Origin: Promethearchaeota archaeon
GTDB taxonomy: Archaea; Asgardarchaeota; Lokiarchaeia; Sigyniarchaeales; SOKP01
Length of the DNA stretch: 64,000 nt
Assembly: GCA_048940645.1 (NCBI GenBank)
Contig: JBHLOI010000004.1
Coordinates: 1-64,000, forward strand
Direction of reading: 5' to 3'
In this document: one piece after another, positions 20,976 through 30,191 of the stretch
How positions within the stretch are numbered: the stretch's first letter is position 1
Layout: each line of letters starts with the position of its first letter
Made by a program: the position numbers and the translations under genes
Notes under the pieces: model-generated
Databases searched by the model: none
What the model saw: only the letters and a program-made list of their open reading frames with translations
What the model was told of the DNA's origin: nothing

Positions 20976-21610
20976 TGGTCAATATTGGATTATTAGGGGA
21001 TATTAGTGTTGGTAAAACTTCTATTCTTCGCTTATTCGTTCGATATATAAATCGAGGAGAAATTGAAAAAGTTGAGGGTGGAATCTCCGCCAGTGTAGTT
21101 AAAACAGATTTCTCAGGCGAGGCTACGGTACCAAGAGGTAATAAAGCGGATACTCTTGATGAAAAAGAAACTAAAACCATCCATCCTAATCGAGTAGTAT
21201 TTAGAGAGGACTCTTCGGGAAAAGCTCATACAATTTTCGCTCCTGGAGGAGATCGCTCTCGTGCCGTAGTGAAAATGGGTATTATTACCATATCTCGTAT
21301 AGCTACTCAAATCATTGCTGTTTTTTCTTTAGACCGTGAATTAGATAGGCAGTTTGAGTTCTTTAATGATGTGAGGTTTTTCCCGGAAAAAATATATGTT
21401 TGTATAAATAAAATTGATTTATTAGAAGGAGACAAGGAGAAAGAACTTGAGAAGCTAATAAAGAAAATCAATGATTTTTTCAATAAAAGAAAAATAAACA
21501 TAAATGAAATTTTTGTCACTTGTGGTGAAACTGTTGATGATTTTGAAGATATTGAAGAATACAATAACCATGTTGCTGAAATGATCCTTAAAATCACTAC
21601 TTCCCACTAA
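20975..21610 (+). CDS. Small GTPase (Ras superfamily; MglA/Arf-like) with atypical G3
   Basis: G1 GDISVGKT; putative G2 TKTI; G3 replaced by FAPGG; G4 NKID. Confidence 0.8.
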   Translation: MVNIGLLGDISVGKTSILRLFVRYINRGEIEKVEGGISASVVKTDFSGEATVPRGNKADTLDEKETKTIHPNRVVFREDSSGKAHTIFAPGGDRSRAVVKMGIITISRIATQIIAVFSLDRELDRQFEFFNDVRFFPEKIYVCINKIDLLEGDKEKELEKLIKKINDFFNKRKININEIFVTCGETVDDFEDIEEYNNHVAEMILKITTSH

Positions 21611-21627
21611 TAACTTGAAAAGATAAA

Positions 21628-22155
21628 TTAATTCTCTTCTACTTCTTTTAATTTTAATGATAATTTTATAAATAACTTTTCCATATCTAATTGATAGCCT
21701 ATTAACGGAGTAAGAGAAATATGGTCTCGATTTTTATTATAGTTAACATAACCTTTTTTCTCCAACTCTCGAATATCGTCAAGAATTGTTTTCTTTTTTC
21801 TTAATTTTTGAATTTCCTGAACTGTAGTATAACCTGAGTTCTTTAGGCAACATGCAATTATACTGAATAAAGTTGCTGCTAAACTTGGTTTATTTCCAAA
21901 GGGATTTGATTTTACATGATCCGAGATTTCAGGTTCAAATATGATGAACCAATGCGAATCTAAAGGATTAAATCTTATTTGAAGTCCTAAGGGTTCAATA
22001 ATTCGAGATAATTCGGTAATTAGCATTTGAAAATATACTGTTTTATTCTTAATTGTTAAATTTAAAGCTTTTAATATCTGTTTTTTTGTAGCTCCAATTT
22101 GATATAAATCCTTTTTATTACTTAATAAATGCATTAGTATTGAAATTTCATTCAT
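21628..22155 (-). CDS. Kite subunit (ScpB/Nse1/Nse3-like tandem winged helix)
   Basis: Two WH-like halves (..LSRIIEPLGLQIRF.. and ..IRELEKKGYV...ISLTP); last gene after SMC and kleisin. Confidence 0.7.
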   Translation of the reverse strand: MNEISILMHLLSNKKDLYQIGATKKQILKALNLTIKNKTVYFQMLITELSRIIEPLGLQIRFNPLDSHWFIIFEPEISDHVKSNPFGNKPSLAATLFSIIACCLKNSGYTTVQEIQKLRKKKTILDDIRELEKKGYVNYNKNRDHISLTPLIGYQLDMEKLFIKLSLKLKEVEEN

Positions 22156-22167
22156 TTTAAGAATTCC

Positions 22168-22818
22168 TCACAAATATAAAGTTTTTGTCTCTTTTTGATA
22201 TTTTATTTTACCTAATTGAAGTAAATGCAATAAATATACAAAATTTTCAAATATTTGAATTTGATCTTTATCATCTTCAAAAATATCCTCAAAACGGCAA
22301 GGTAATTTTGATTTAATTTTATTAAAATAAATTAGTATCCTATCAGCGTAATTCTTGTTAGGAATTTCTACTAAAAATTCTCTATCTATATATTGCTTTT
22401 TTAAATGTTCAAGATGGATTGCTGTAACTTTTTCCTTTGAAAATTTCTGATTGCTATCTTCCAAAAATTTAATGGAAGTATTTTCGATATAGAAAACATG
22501 TCTCCAACAACCTTTGAATAAATCTGAAATTTCAGAATCACTATATTTCGAATTTAAAAAATTAAAAAATATTTTATCACTTTCCAATAATTTTAAAAAA
22601 CCTTTTAATTCTTCAAACTTCTGATTTAATAAGAAGCAAGCTTCTTTATATAGCCCAGAGTATCTATCTAAATTGAAAACATTAAGCGAATCCTTTAAAT
22701 CTTGAAAAATGGGACTGAGTTCTAAATTTAATAGGGAAATTTTTCCCGATAAAACTTCTTTTTTTAAATTTTCGATTTTTTGATTTATTTCTGCAGAAAG
22801 GTCTGTAAATTCAATCAT
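22168..22818 (-). CDS. Kleisin subunit (ScpA/Nse4-like)
   Basis: N-terminal helical kleisin pattern (GKISLLNLEL...ACFLLNQK); C-terminal WH FEDIF...QIFENFVYLLHLLQLGKI; 4-bp overlap with the SMC stop. Confidence 0.8.
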   Translation of the reverse strand: MIEFTDLSAEINQKIENLKKEVLSGKISLLNLELSPIFQDLKDSLNVFNLDRYSGLYKEACFLLNQKFEELKGFLKLLESDKIFFNFLNSKYSDSEISDLFKGCWRHVFYIENTSIKFLEDSNQKFSKEKVTAIHLEHLKKQYIDREFLVEIPNKNYADRILIYFNKIKSKLPCRFEDIFEDDKDQIQIFENFVYLLHLLQLGKIKYQKETKTLYL

Positions 22819-25800
22819 TTATTTCTTCTTTTTATTATTTTTGGATTAAATATTGTAGAAACTTCTTTCTTTCCAACCCTAGCTACGCCTATTAGTTTGT
22901 CTGCTAAAAGAAACAAACTACTTGAGGATTTTGGTAAGAACATAAGTAGTTGTATGGGATTCTGTTCGAGTGTCGTTTTTATCATTTGATAAGAGGCCTC
23001 TGCATTTTTATCGTCTAAAAACATACCAGCTTCATCAAACATACATAATGGTGATGCCTTGATTTCTTGCAAAGATAGAATAAGACAAATGGAAATCATA
23101 GAAATTTGTCCCCCACTAAGTGCTTTACAAGATTTTAATTGCTCTTTTGTTGTCGCAGCTTTGATATCTATCCCTAATTCTTCAAAATTACCAATTAAAT
23201 TAAGAGAACAATATGATTTAATATTAGCAGATTTGAATTTTTGGTTAATTCTTAACTCTAAATCATTTAGTGTTGATTTAAACTTTTGATAATACGTGTC
23301 CTCTAATTTATTCTCAGTTTTAATAGCAGCATTTATGTCTTTTTGCAAACTGTTTTGATTTTTTGTAATTTCTTTCATACTTGATAAGATTTGCTCTTTT
23401 TCAATTAAAATTGAGTCATCTACATCTAAATATCTCAATAAATCTTTGTCTATTCTTAAAATATCTTCTTTAATCTCATTTATACTACGCATCTCAAATT
23501 CTTTTGATGCCAAGACAGAACCTATCTCAAAATTGATTCTTTCTAAATCACTTTCATTGGCCATTAATTCTTGTTCTAGGGCAGTATTCTTTAATATTTC
23601 TTGCTCTAATTTTATTTTAACCTCTATATGCTCTTTATCAAGAATTATTCTTTCTTTCTGGATTTCTAATTTATTTTTTTTTAACTTAGCGATATCTTCT
23701 TCTATTCGATCAATTTCATCATCAACTAACTCTAAATTTTGGTAAATTTCAAAAGCATTTTTATCTGATTTTTGAAAAATTTGCTTTTTCAGTTCATACT
23801 CTTGTTTTAAAGTATTGAGTTTCTCTTTATAACCATTTAATTTTTCATTAACTTCATGCTTTTGCTCTACATTTTCGCTGAGTTTAATTTCCCATTTTTT
23901 TAAGTCTTCATTGTGAATATTTAATTCATCAGGTATTTCTTTAATCCTTTCACTCAATCTAAAAATCTCAGGATCTCTCTGAGATTCTAAATATTGTATT
24001 TTCTTTTCAATATCAATTATGTTATTTTGAACTATAACGCTATTATCTTCAAGGTTGTGTATAATTTCATAGAGCCTATTCTTTTTTGTAGTTAATCTTT
24101 GTTTTTGATTAAAATTGTATAAAAGATCATTAAATGCTTCTTTCTTCTCATATAGTTCCTTTTGGTTTGAATCAATTTTAGATTGTTCAACTCTTAATTC
24201 AGAGATTTGTTCATTTAAAGAATTGATTTCTGACTCTAAATTATTCAATTGTTCTTTTAGTGTACCCGTGCTGAGAAATCCTTTTAGACGTTTTTGATAA
24301 GGTGTTTCATAAACATATCTATAAGAGATTAACTGTTCTCCTTTTAAAGTCACACACTTGCCTTTAAAATTATAATTTTTATAGATTTGAATACCCGAAT
24401 GGTAATCTTCAACAACTAAGCAGTTTTTTACCTTAGAATAAATTACTTTTTTAATATCAATATCATCATTAACAACTTTTATTAACTCTGCTAAATAACC
24501 TAAAACATTTTCAGCGAAAAATTCCAGTAAAGGGCGAATATTTAGATTTTTAGTAATATAGATATTGCAATAAGCATTGTATTTATTCTTTAATCTATTT
24601 AAAAGATTTAATGTATCCCAATCACTTACAATGAAGCTATATAGCAACCTTTCTCCTAGAACAGATTCGATTGCATAACTTAGCTTATCATCATATTTTA
24701 AAAAGTCGATAATTGGGCCCTTTACCTTCCTATCTAATTCCCTTTTTTCAATTTCTTCTTTTAAAATATTAATGCTAGACGGTAAAACGACTCTGCGTTC
24801 TCTTAAGGATATTTGTAAATTTTTATATTTATTTATTAAATTTGTTCGTTCAAATTGCGATTTGTTTAACTGATTCCCTAGTTCAAATAAATCTTTAGAG
24901 TTTTTTCTAAGCTCATTATCGATATGCATGAGTAAGTTTGTTGTTGGATTCTCAAGAAACCATTTATTTTTTTCCAATTTATGTTCAATATCTTTAAAAC
25001 TTTGAAAAATCTCATTAATTTCAGAATTTAAGTCTTTTATTTCATTTTTATTTCCTTCGATTTTAGTTAAGCACTTTTGTTTTCTATGAATCAATTGATT
25101 ATAATCTTTTAAAAAGTCTTCATTTTGCTTGATCCTTTTTGCTATTGTATTTTGTTCTTTTATTAAATCATCTATTTTTAATTTTAAAGTCCTTTTCTCC
25201 TTTTTAATTGTACTAATTTCGGTGTCTAAAGTTTTATTTTGGCTCTCAACATTTCTTAGTCTTTTTTCTAATGTAATTATCTCTTGATTCAAAATATCTA
25301 ATTCTTTTTTTGCTTGTATCTTCTCCTTTTCCCAAGTCTTAATTTTTTCAATTAAATTTTTCTTTTTATAGATTAATTTCCCTAGCTCTTTTGAAAAATC
25401 ATTAATCTTTACTTCAATCCTATTTATTTTCGAATCCTTCTCTAGAAGTAGCTTTTCATTATTATCTGAATCTTTTTTAATCTCAGCGATTACTATTTGA
25501 AGGTTTTTAATTTTTTCCTTTAAAACTAGTATTTTTTCTTCTAATTCATTCTTGTTCGCATATAACAATTCATCTTCATACACTTTCTTTAAATCTAGTA
25601 AATTGTGTTTTTGTTTTAATCGTTTAAGTTTGGGTTGTAGAAGGTTTAAGCTGATGTTTAAGGTATTTCTTCTACTTACTAATGATTGAAAATCTCGATT
25701 TAAATGATTTATGTTTCCCTTTTGTTGTATAATTTCATCTCTCAATCCTTTAAGTCCAATACCCTCTTCTAAAAAGATGCAAAGTTCAATTGGCTTCAAA

Positions 25801-26285
25801 TTTTTAATAGCATCGATTTTTCCTTGACTTACAAAAGCAAATTGATTATCTGGATTGATTTTTAGATTTGAAATTAGCTTTTGAATCTCAATGGCATGCG
25901 CTCGCTTAAAACCTTTATTAGTTTCTCTTTCAATCTCAAAAAATGGTGATTGCCCTCTTATCACTAGTCTTCTTATTTTAATTACATCATTACTGTCTTG
26001 AATATGAAGCTCAACCATTGCATGATCTTGTCCATTTCTGATAAAGTCAGACCACTTTTTGTATCGCTCATCTCTTTCATTACTTCCTAATGCAAATCTG
26101 ATTGCCTGAAATATTGATGTTTTTCCTGACCAATTAGGGCCAATTATTATGATGAATTTGGCATTATCCAAGTCAACCTCATCTCTTTGAAAACTTAAGA
26201 AATTTTCAAGAATTACTTTCTTAAGAGATATATTATTTGTTTCTGTAGCGATGATTTCACCAACCTCCTTCTTATTATTTACCAA
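22815..26285 (-). CDS. smc: SMC ATPase, Smc5/6-related
   Basis: LENFLSF; Walker A GPNWSGKT; Q-loop INPDNQFAFVSQGK; long coiled coils; hinge GPI...AIESVLG; signature LSGGQ; Walker B PLCMFDE..MFLD. Confidence 0.92.
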   Translation of the reverse strand: MVNNKKEVGEIIATETNNISLKKVILENFLSFQRDEVDLDNAKFIIIIGPNWSGKTSIFQAIRFALGSNERDERYKKWSDFIRNGQDHAMVELHIQDSNDVIKIRRLVIRGQSPFFEIERETNKGFKRAHAIEIQKLISNLKINPDNQFAFVSQGKIDAIKNLKPIELCIFLEEGIGLKGLRDEIIQQKGNINHLNRDFQSLVSRRNTLNISLNLLQPKLKRLKQKHNLLDLKKVYEDELLYANKNELEEKILVLKEKIKNLQIVIAEIKKDSDNNEKLLLEKDSKINRIEVKINDFSKELGKLIYKKKNLIEKIKTWEKEKIQAKKELDILNQEIITLEKRLRNVESQNKTLDTEISTIKKEKRTLKLKIDDLIKEQNTIAKRIKQNEDFLKDYNQLIHRKQKCLTKIEGNKNEIKDLNSEINEIFQSFKDIEHKLEKNKWFLENPTTNLLMHIDNELRKNSKDLFELGNQLNKSQFERTNLINKYKNLQISLRERRVVLPSSINILKEEIEKRELDRKVKGPIIDFLKYDDKLSYAIESVLGERLLYSFIVSDWDTLNLLNRLKNKYNAYCNIYITKNLNIRPLLEFFAENVLGYLAELIKVVNDDIDIKKVIYSKVKNCLVVEDYHSGIQIYKNYNFKGKCVTLKGEQLISYRYVYETPYQKRLKGFLSTGTLKEQLNNLESEINSLNEQISELRVEQSKIDSNQKELYEKKEAFNDLLYNFNQKQRLTTKKNRLYEIIHNLEDNSVIVQNNIIDIEKKIQYLESQRDPEIFRLSERIKEIPDELNIHNEDLKKWEIKLSENVEQKHEVNEKLNGYKEKLNTLKQEYELKKQIFQKSDKNAFEIYQNLELVDDEIDRIEEDIAKLKKNKLEIQKERIILDKEHIEVKIKLEQEILKNTALEQELMANESDLERINFEIGSVLASKEFEMRSINEIKEDILRIDKDLLRYLDVDDSILIEKEQILSSMKEITKNQNSLQKDINAAIKTENKLEDTYYQKFKSTLNDLELRINQKFKSANIKSYCSLNLIGNFEELGIDIKAATTKEQLKSCKALSGGQISMISICLILSLQEIKASPLCMFDEAGMFLDDKNAEASYQMIKTTLEQNPIQLLMFLPKSSSSLFLLADKLIGVARVGKKEVSTIFNPKIIKRRNK

Positions 26286-27534
26286 AAGCTTGTTTGATAT
26301 GATCCATTCTTTTCTTAGCCTTCTCTAAATTGATTTGTGCTCTACTGGGAGAATCATTTAAAATAAAAGGATATTTTGCTAACAGTCTTCTTTCATTTTC
26401 CTCAAGGATTTCCTTTTTATTTAATTTATCGATAATAATAACAAGTTCTGTATAATTTTTTGAAGCCGCATTTTCATATAGTTGATTCAACATAAATTCG
26501 GAAATAGGTTGATTTTGGATGTGTTCTTGTATAGATTGAAGTTCATTAAAGTTAATCTTTTGATAATCCTGTGATTTTTGAATTTGACCAATTTTGGAAG
26601 CGAACTTATAATTTTCATTATATTTATCTTGGATTTCTTTACTTTTATCTGATAAAGATGGGATAAATTCACCTGATTCAATTAAATTAACAATAACAGC
26701 AGTTATTTCATTCGAAGTTTCATTTAATTCAGAATTAAGAAAATGTTTGAAAACTGCTGTTTTTAATAAATATTTTAGTTCTTGAATTTCCCAATTCTGC
26801 GTATAATTAACGATTTGATTAATATCAAATACTATTTTTTGATTCTTTTCTGAAAAATTTTTCAATACTATTTCCCTTTCATTATTGCTTAATAAAGGGA
26901 TTTTAATGAAAAGATCAAATACTTGAAATATATCTTTTGAATTTTGCTCTACTTCATTCAGGTTTTTATTTATCCATATTAGAATAATGTTATTTTCCAA
27001 GAAATGGATTTCATAATTTTTGAGGGTATTAATAAAGAGTTTCAATAAATTCTTTTCATTAAATAAAGCTTCTTTTAATTCTACTTGATCAATTAAAAAC
27101 AATTTGTTTGGTTTGTTTTTTTCATTAACATCATCATAACTATTTTTATTTTCATTTAGATTATTGACTTTAAAAGCCAATTCCTCTACAATTTTTTCGA
27201 GAATGATATTAAAATTTTTAAAGAATTTCTCAGGTTCTTTTGAAATTTCTAAATAGTTTAATTCTATAAAATCTAAATAATAATTTTTTGAAATTAATTT
27301 TAAGAAATCTAAGATATCTGTTCCAGAATTAATATTGATTAAAAGTAGGCCTTTAGGGATAAGGTATTGTTGAATTGTTGAATATTCATTGTTGGTTAAC
27401 ATTCCCTTTATATAATTAATTATATCGTTATACTTATCCCTATAAAATATGTCTTCTCTCTTGATATCAATTTCCGAAGGCGATATTACTTGATAATACT
27501 GATTATATTTTATATTTGCTTCTGGGTCTTCCAT
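26275..27534 (-). CDS. Degenerate (probably inactive) classical AAA+ ATPase-like protein
   Basis: PKGLLLININSGTD (eroded Walker A); LFLIDQ (eroded Walker B); FDLFIKIPLL...REIVLK; DINQIVNYTQNWEIQELKYLLKTA (lid pattern). Confidence 0.65.
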   Translation of the reverse strand: MEDPEANIKYNQYYQVISPSEIDIKREDIFYRDKYNDIINYIKGMLTNNEYSTIQQYLIPKGLLLININSGTDILDFLKLISKNYYLDFIELNYLEISKEPEKFFKNFNIILEKIVEELAFKVNNLNENKNSYDDVNEKNKPNKLFLIDQVELKEALFNEKNLLKLFINTLKNYEIHFLENNIILIWINKNLNEVEQNSKDIFQVFDLFIKIPLLSNNEREIVLKNFSEKNQKIVFDINQIVNYTQNWEIQELKYLLKTAVFKHFLNSELNETSNEITAVIVNLIESGEFIPSLSDKSKEIQDKYNENYKFASKIGQIQKSQDYQKINFNELQSIQEHIQNQPISEFMLNQLYENAASKNYTELVIIIDKLNKKEILEENERRLLAKYPFILNDSPSRAQINLEKAKKRMDHIKQAFGK

Positions 27535-27771
27535 TGGGAAATCAAATCCTATCTTTTATCCTATTTTTAAACATAATCTACATAGGAATTTACACATATA
27601 TATTTAGCGGTAGCCATAGTTTTGAATAATTAAGCAAACGACAGAAATCTTAAAGTTTATAATATCGTAAATTAAGGTAAAGATATTTAATTAATTATAA
27701 TGGAAATTTTTATAGAATCCTGATTTATAGTAAAACTAGTATTTAACTTTATAAGAAGTATAAAATTGCTC

Positions 27772-28173
27772 TTATGTAATACTAAATTCATGATTTATAA
27801 TATTTAATTGCTCTTTAAATTCATCCTTCATAAGGCTATAATATGTAAACTTCCCCTTTTTCCAACCCTTTATCAAATTAGCTTTCTCTAATTCTCGTAA
27901 ATGGTGAGATATTGAAGGTTGAGATTTATCTAAGATTGCCTCCAATTCACATACACAACGATCTTTCTCTTTTAACGCGTTTATTATAGTTATTCTTTCT
28001 TTATTTCCCAAAGCATTTAAAAAAGCTAAAATTGAATTTAATTTCTCATCAAATCTTAAATTTTTTCCTAATTGTTGTAAATTTTTAAAATATTTGTCGC
28101 TATCAAAACATTCGTCACAACTACAAAGCATTTCTTTGATTTCAGATTCCCGATCAATTTTTATAAAAATCAC
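27772..28173 (-). CDS. arsR: ArsR/SmtB family metalloregulator
   Basis: ALGNKERI, CVCEL and SQPSISHHLREL motifs; extra N-terminal CSCDEC; divergent from the acr3 operon. Confidence 0.92.
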   Translation of the reverse strand: MIFIKIDRESEIKEMLCSCDECFDSDKYFKNLQQLGKNLRFDEKLNSILAFLNALGNKERITIINALKEKDRCVCELEAILDKSQPSISHHLRELEKANLIKGWKKGKFTYYSLMKDEFKEQLNIINHEFSIT

Positions 28174-28314
28174 CTATTATAGGTAATAACCTTCTTCATT
28201 ATATTAGAAGCTATTAAATTATAAAAATTTTATTCAAATCGAGTCATCTAGATTCACATCGAAATCTTTTTATTTGAAACATTCTATTAATATCTTAAGC
28301 TCTAACCATATAGA

Positions 28315-28328
28315 ATTCATTAATGAAT
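28315..28328. promoter_or_regulatory. Candidate ArsR operator: 14-bp palindrome ATTCATTAATGAAT at the start of the ars/hgc operon
   Basis: Perfect palindrome overlapping the first ATG; AT-rich, so it could be chance. Confidence 0.35.
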
Positions 28329-29075
28329 AAAATGGAAAACAATAAAAAACTAAAGATTGGAATAATTTCAGACGGTAAGTACGGAGATAGAGCATATGAA
28401 AATATAAAAAAGAAATTTGAAACCCGCTGGATACTCCTCCCAGAGATACCACAAAACGTTATATTAGATAATGAGTATAATTTTGAAATTCCTGAATGTG
28501 ACCTTTATATTTCATATATTAGACACCCAGATATAATGCTGCAGTTAGCAGAACTTCAAAAACCATTGATTTTAGGGATACTTCCGGGAATTGGGTTATA
28601 TTTACAAGCCAGAAAAATAAATCCTAAAGTTATATCTGCTCCTACTATGTGTTCATTGGAAAATAATACTGGGATTCCTGAAATTGACCTATTTACTAGT
28701 TTTTTTGGCCGACCTATTTATCAGGTTAATATAAATGAAGATAGGGTTATTAATAGGGTTGAAGTACGCCGTTCTTCACTATGTGGGTCTTCTGAAGCTG
28801 GAGCGAAATACCTACTGAATAAAACTTTCAATAAAGAAAATCTTCAAAATTTTGCTTTAAGTGTTTGTTATGAATGTCGTGCTCCTCGTTTTGGGCATAC
28901 ATGTGATAAAGAAGTAGCGGGAATTATTCATTTGGTTTCAATTTTTGAGAGTATACCTAATGAAATTTCAAATAAATTTGATAAAAATTCGCAATCCTTT
29001 ATTGAAGATATTGGAAAGGAATATAAAAGAAGAAATAAAAATTCAGAGTTATTACTAAAAGAGGTAATATATTAA
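28323..29075 (+). CDS. DUF166 family protein
   Basis: DGKYGDRA, DLYISY..HPD, MCSL, FGRP, V.RSS.CG, CRA and AG.IH motifs. Confidence 0.7.
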   Translation: MNKMENNKKLKIGIISDGKYGDRAYENIKKKFETRWILLPEIPQNVILDNEYNFEIPECDLYISYIRHPDIMLQLAELQKPLILGILPGIGLYLQARKINPKVISAPTMCSLENNTGIPEIDLFTSFFGRPIYQVNINEDRVINRVEVRRSSLCGSSEAGAKYLLNKTFNKENLQNFALSVCYECRAPRFGHTCDKEVAGIIHLVSIFESIPNEISNKFDKNSQSFIEDIGKEYKRRNKNSELLLKEVIY

Positions 29076-29078
29076 ATT

Positions 29079-30158
29079 ATGCAAGAAGGAGAATTAAATG
29101 AAGCTGGAAAGGAAGCTTTAGACACTATCGAAGTTAAGGAGGAAAAGGGTAAAGAAATTAGTTTTTTTGAAAAATTCCTTCCTCTTTGGGTGGCTTTATG
29201 CATCTTTATAGGAATTTTGTTATCACAGATTTTTCCGGGGATAAGTATAGCGATTGAAGCTTTTAAAATTGGTGAGATTTCTATACCAATTGGAATTTGT
29301 TTATTCTTAATGATGTATCCGGCAATGTTAAATCTACAAACTTCTGAATTAAAAAAATTGGGTAGAGATCCTAAGCCAATTATCTTAACAATAATATCTA
29401 ATTGGCTCATTGCTCCTTTTGTGGGTTTAGCAATGGTTAGGTTATTTTTACAAGGAAATCCGCAGTTATCAGTTGCTATAATTTTACTTTCAAGTTCACC
29501 TTGTACTGCTATGGTTCTCGTCTGGGGCTGGATGGCAAAAGGCAATCAAGAACAGAATGTAATAAATACCAGCTTAAATACAATTACAATCATATTTGGT
29601 TATGCTCCTATGGTAACATTATTAACAGGTATTCAAGCCATACCAGTTGATTGGATTCTTCTGTTAATATCAACATTTGTTTTTATCGGGCTTCCTCTAG
29701 TATTTGGAATAGTAAGTAAAAGATTATTAATTTCTTCTAAAGGAGAAAAATGGTTTAATAACACTTATCGACCAATCGTAGGAAAAGTTTCCATAGTAGC
29801 CTTATTAACAACATTAATAGTACTTTTTTCATTGAATGGAAATGTTATGATCAATCATCCGGATTTATTGCTACTTGTTTCAATTCCACTCCTATTAGGA
29901 TTTCTAATCGTAGTTGGTTATAACATTTTAATTACTAAACTTTTCAAGTTGAAGTACAAAGAAGCTGTAATTACTGTCATTATTGGATCTTCTAGCCATT
30001 TTGAAATCGCGATTGCTACTGCTATCGCTATGTATGGAATTGGTTCATTTGCTGCTTTGGGTACAACAATGGGTTTATTTTGGGAGGTTCCAGTAATGTT
30101 ATCGATAGTCTATCTTGGAAGATATCTAAAAAAACGTGGATTTTGGAAATCTGAATAA
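29079..30158 (+). CDS. acr3: ACR3 family arsenite efflux transporter
   Basis: FEKFLPLWV, MMYP, NWLIAPF, PCTAMVLVW, HFEIAIATA and EVPVM motifs. Confidence 0.93.
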   Translation: MQEGELNEAGKEALDTIEVKEEKGKEISFFEKFLPLWVALCIFIGILLSQIFPGISIAIEAFKIGEISIPIGICLFLMMYPAMLNLQTSELKKLGRDPKPIILTIISNWLIAPFVGLAMVRLFLQGNPQLSVAIILLSSSPCTAMVLVWGWMAKGNQEQNVINTSLNTITIIFGYAPMVTLLTGIQAIPVDWILLLISTFVFIGLPLVFGIVSKRLLISSKGEKWFNNTYRPIVGKVSIVALLTTLIVLFSLNGNVMINHPDLLLLVSIPLLLGFLIVVGYNILITKLFKLKYKEAVITVIIGSSSHFEIAIATAIAMYGIGSFAALGTTMGLFWEVPVMLSIVYLGRYLKKRGFWKSE

Positions 30159-30191
30159 TTTAAAATTTAATTATTATTAGGTGAGAAATTA

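Noticed and set aside
21628-26285. Wadjet/MksBEFG anti-plasmid system
   Set aside because: No JetD/MksG Toprim nuclease nearby; the gene order and head motifs are Smc5/6-like rather than JetC-like
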